From a virus (Duplodnaviria > Caudoviricetes): 58,279 nucleotides of DNA. How positions within the stretch are numbered: the stretch's first letter is position 1; every line of letters starts with the position of its first letter. Below, piece by piece: positions 58,164 to 58,279 of the stretch. The stretch covers positions 1-58,279 of the IMG/VR virus record IMGVR_UViG_3300025889_000139; one strand, 5' to 3'. The notes beneath the pieces were generated by a model, which worked only from the letters and a program-made list of their open reading frames with translations, had not been told where the DNA came from and did not search any database. Made by a program: the position numbers and the translations under genes.

Positions 58164-58279
58164 TACTGAGTTCTTTCACGCCAAACAACAGTCGTTTTAA
58201 CTAAAGAATTGTTAAGAGTTGGACCTGTATCACCATCTTCATCTGCTGTGGTATCAGTTATATTACCTGCCATAAACGT
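58163..58279 (-). CDS. 3' end of a gene entering from the right edge
   Basis: Open frame ...TFMAGNITDT..VVWRERTQ* with a TAATG overlap. Confidence 0.65.
   Translation of the reverse strand, partial: TFMAGNITDTTADEDGDTGPTLNNSLVKTTVVWRERTQ

Overview
This is the virion-morphogenesis core of a large T4-related myovirus, probably an uncultured phage. The early promoters (CTTGACAA-..-TGCTATACT) and many leaderless genes hint at an alphaproteobacterial host. Recognisable T4-like genes: tail tube and sheath, neck proteins gp13/gp14/gp15, head completion gp4, portal, prohead protease, scaffold and major capsid protein, tape measure, baseplate hub and spike (with a lytic domain), gp46/gp47, the late sigma factor gp55 and dNMP kinase. 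Accessory genes are interleaved: two GIY-YIG/NUMOD3 homing endonucleases, three radical SAM enzymes, an amidinotransferase, an FkbM methyltransferase, a 2OG-Fe(II) oxygenase, DUF115/Maf-like proteins, a Nudix hydrolase and a 23-aa repeat protein. The strongest unexplained signals are: (1) a 47-nt promoter+hairpin element upstream of both homing endonucleases, with four compensatory base-pair changes; (2) a ~500-nt ORF-free, promoter-fed, hairpin-rich locus at 39975-40490 (candidate large ncRNA or origin); (3) a -1 slippery site that would fuse the gp26-like and gp51-like ORFs; (4) at least nine late genes with TAAATA-N4/5-ATG leaderless architecture; (5) a set of probable capsid-targeted, protease-processed cargo proteins, including an ART-like module; (6) an inverted foreign insert at ~14055-14825. 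All family assignments come from motif recognition by eye, not from database searches.
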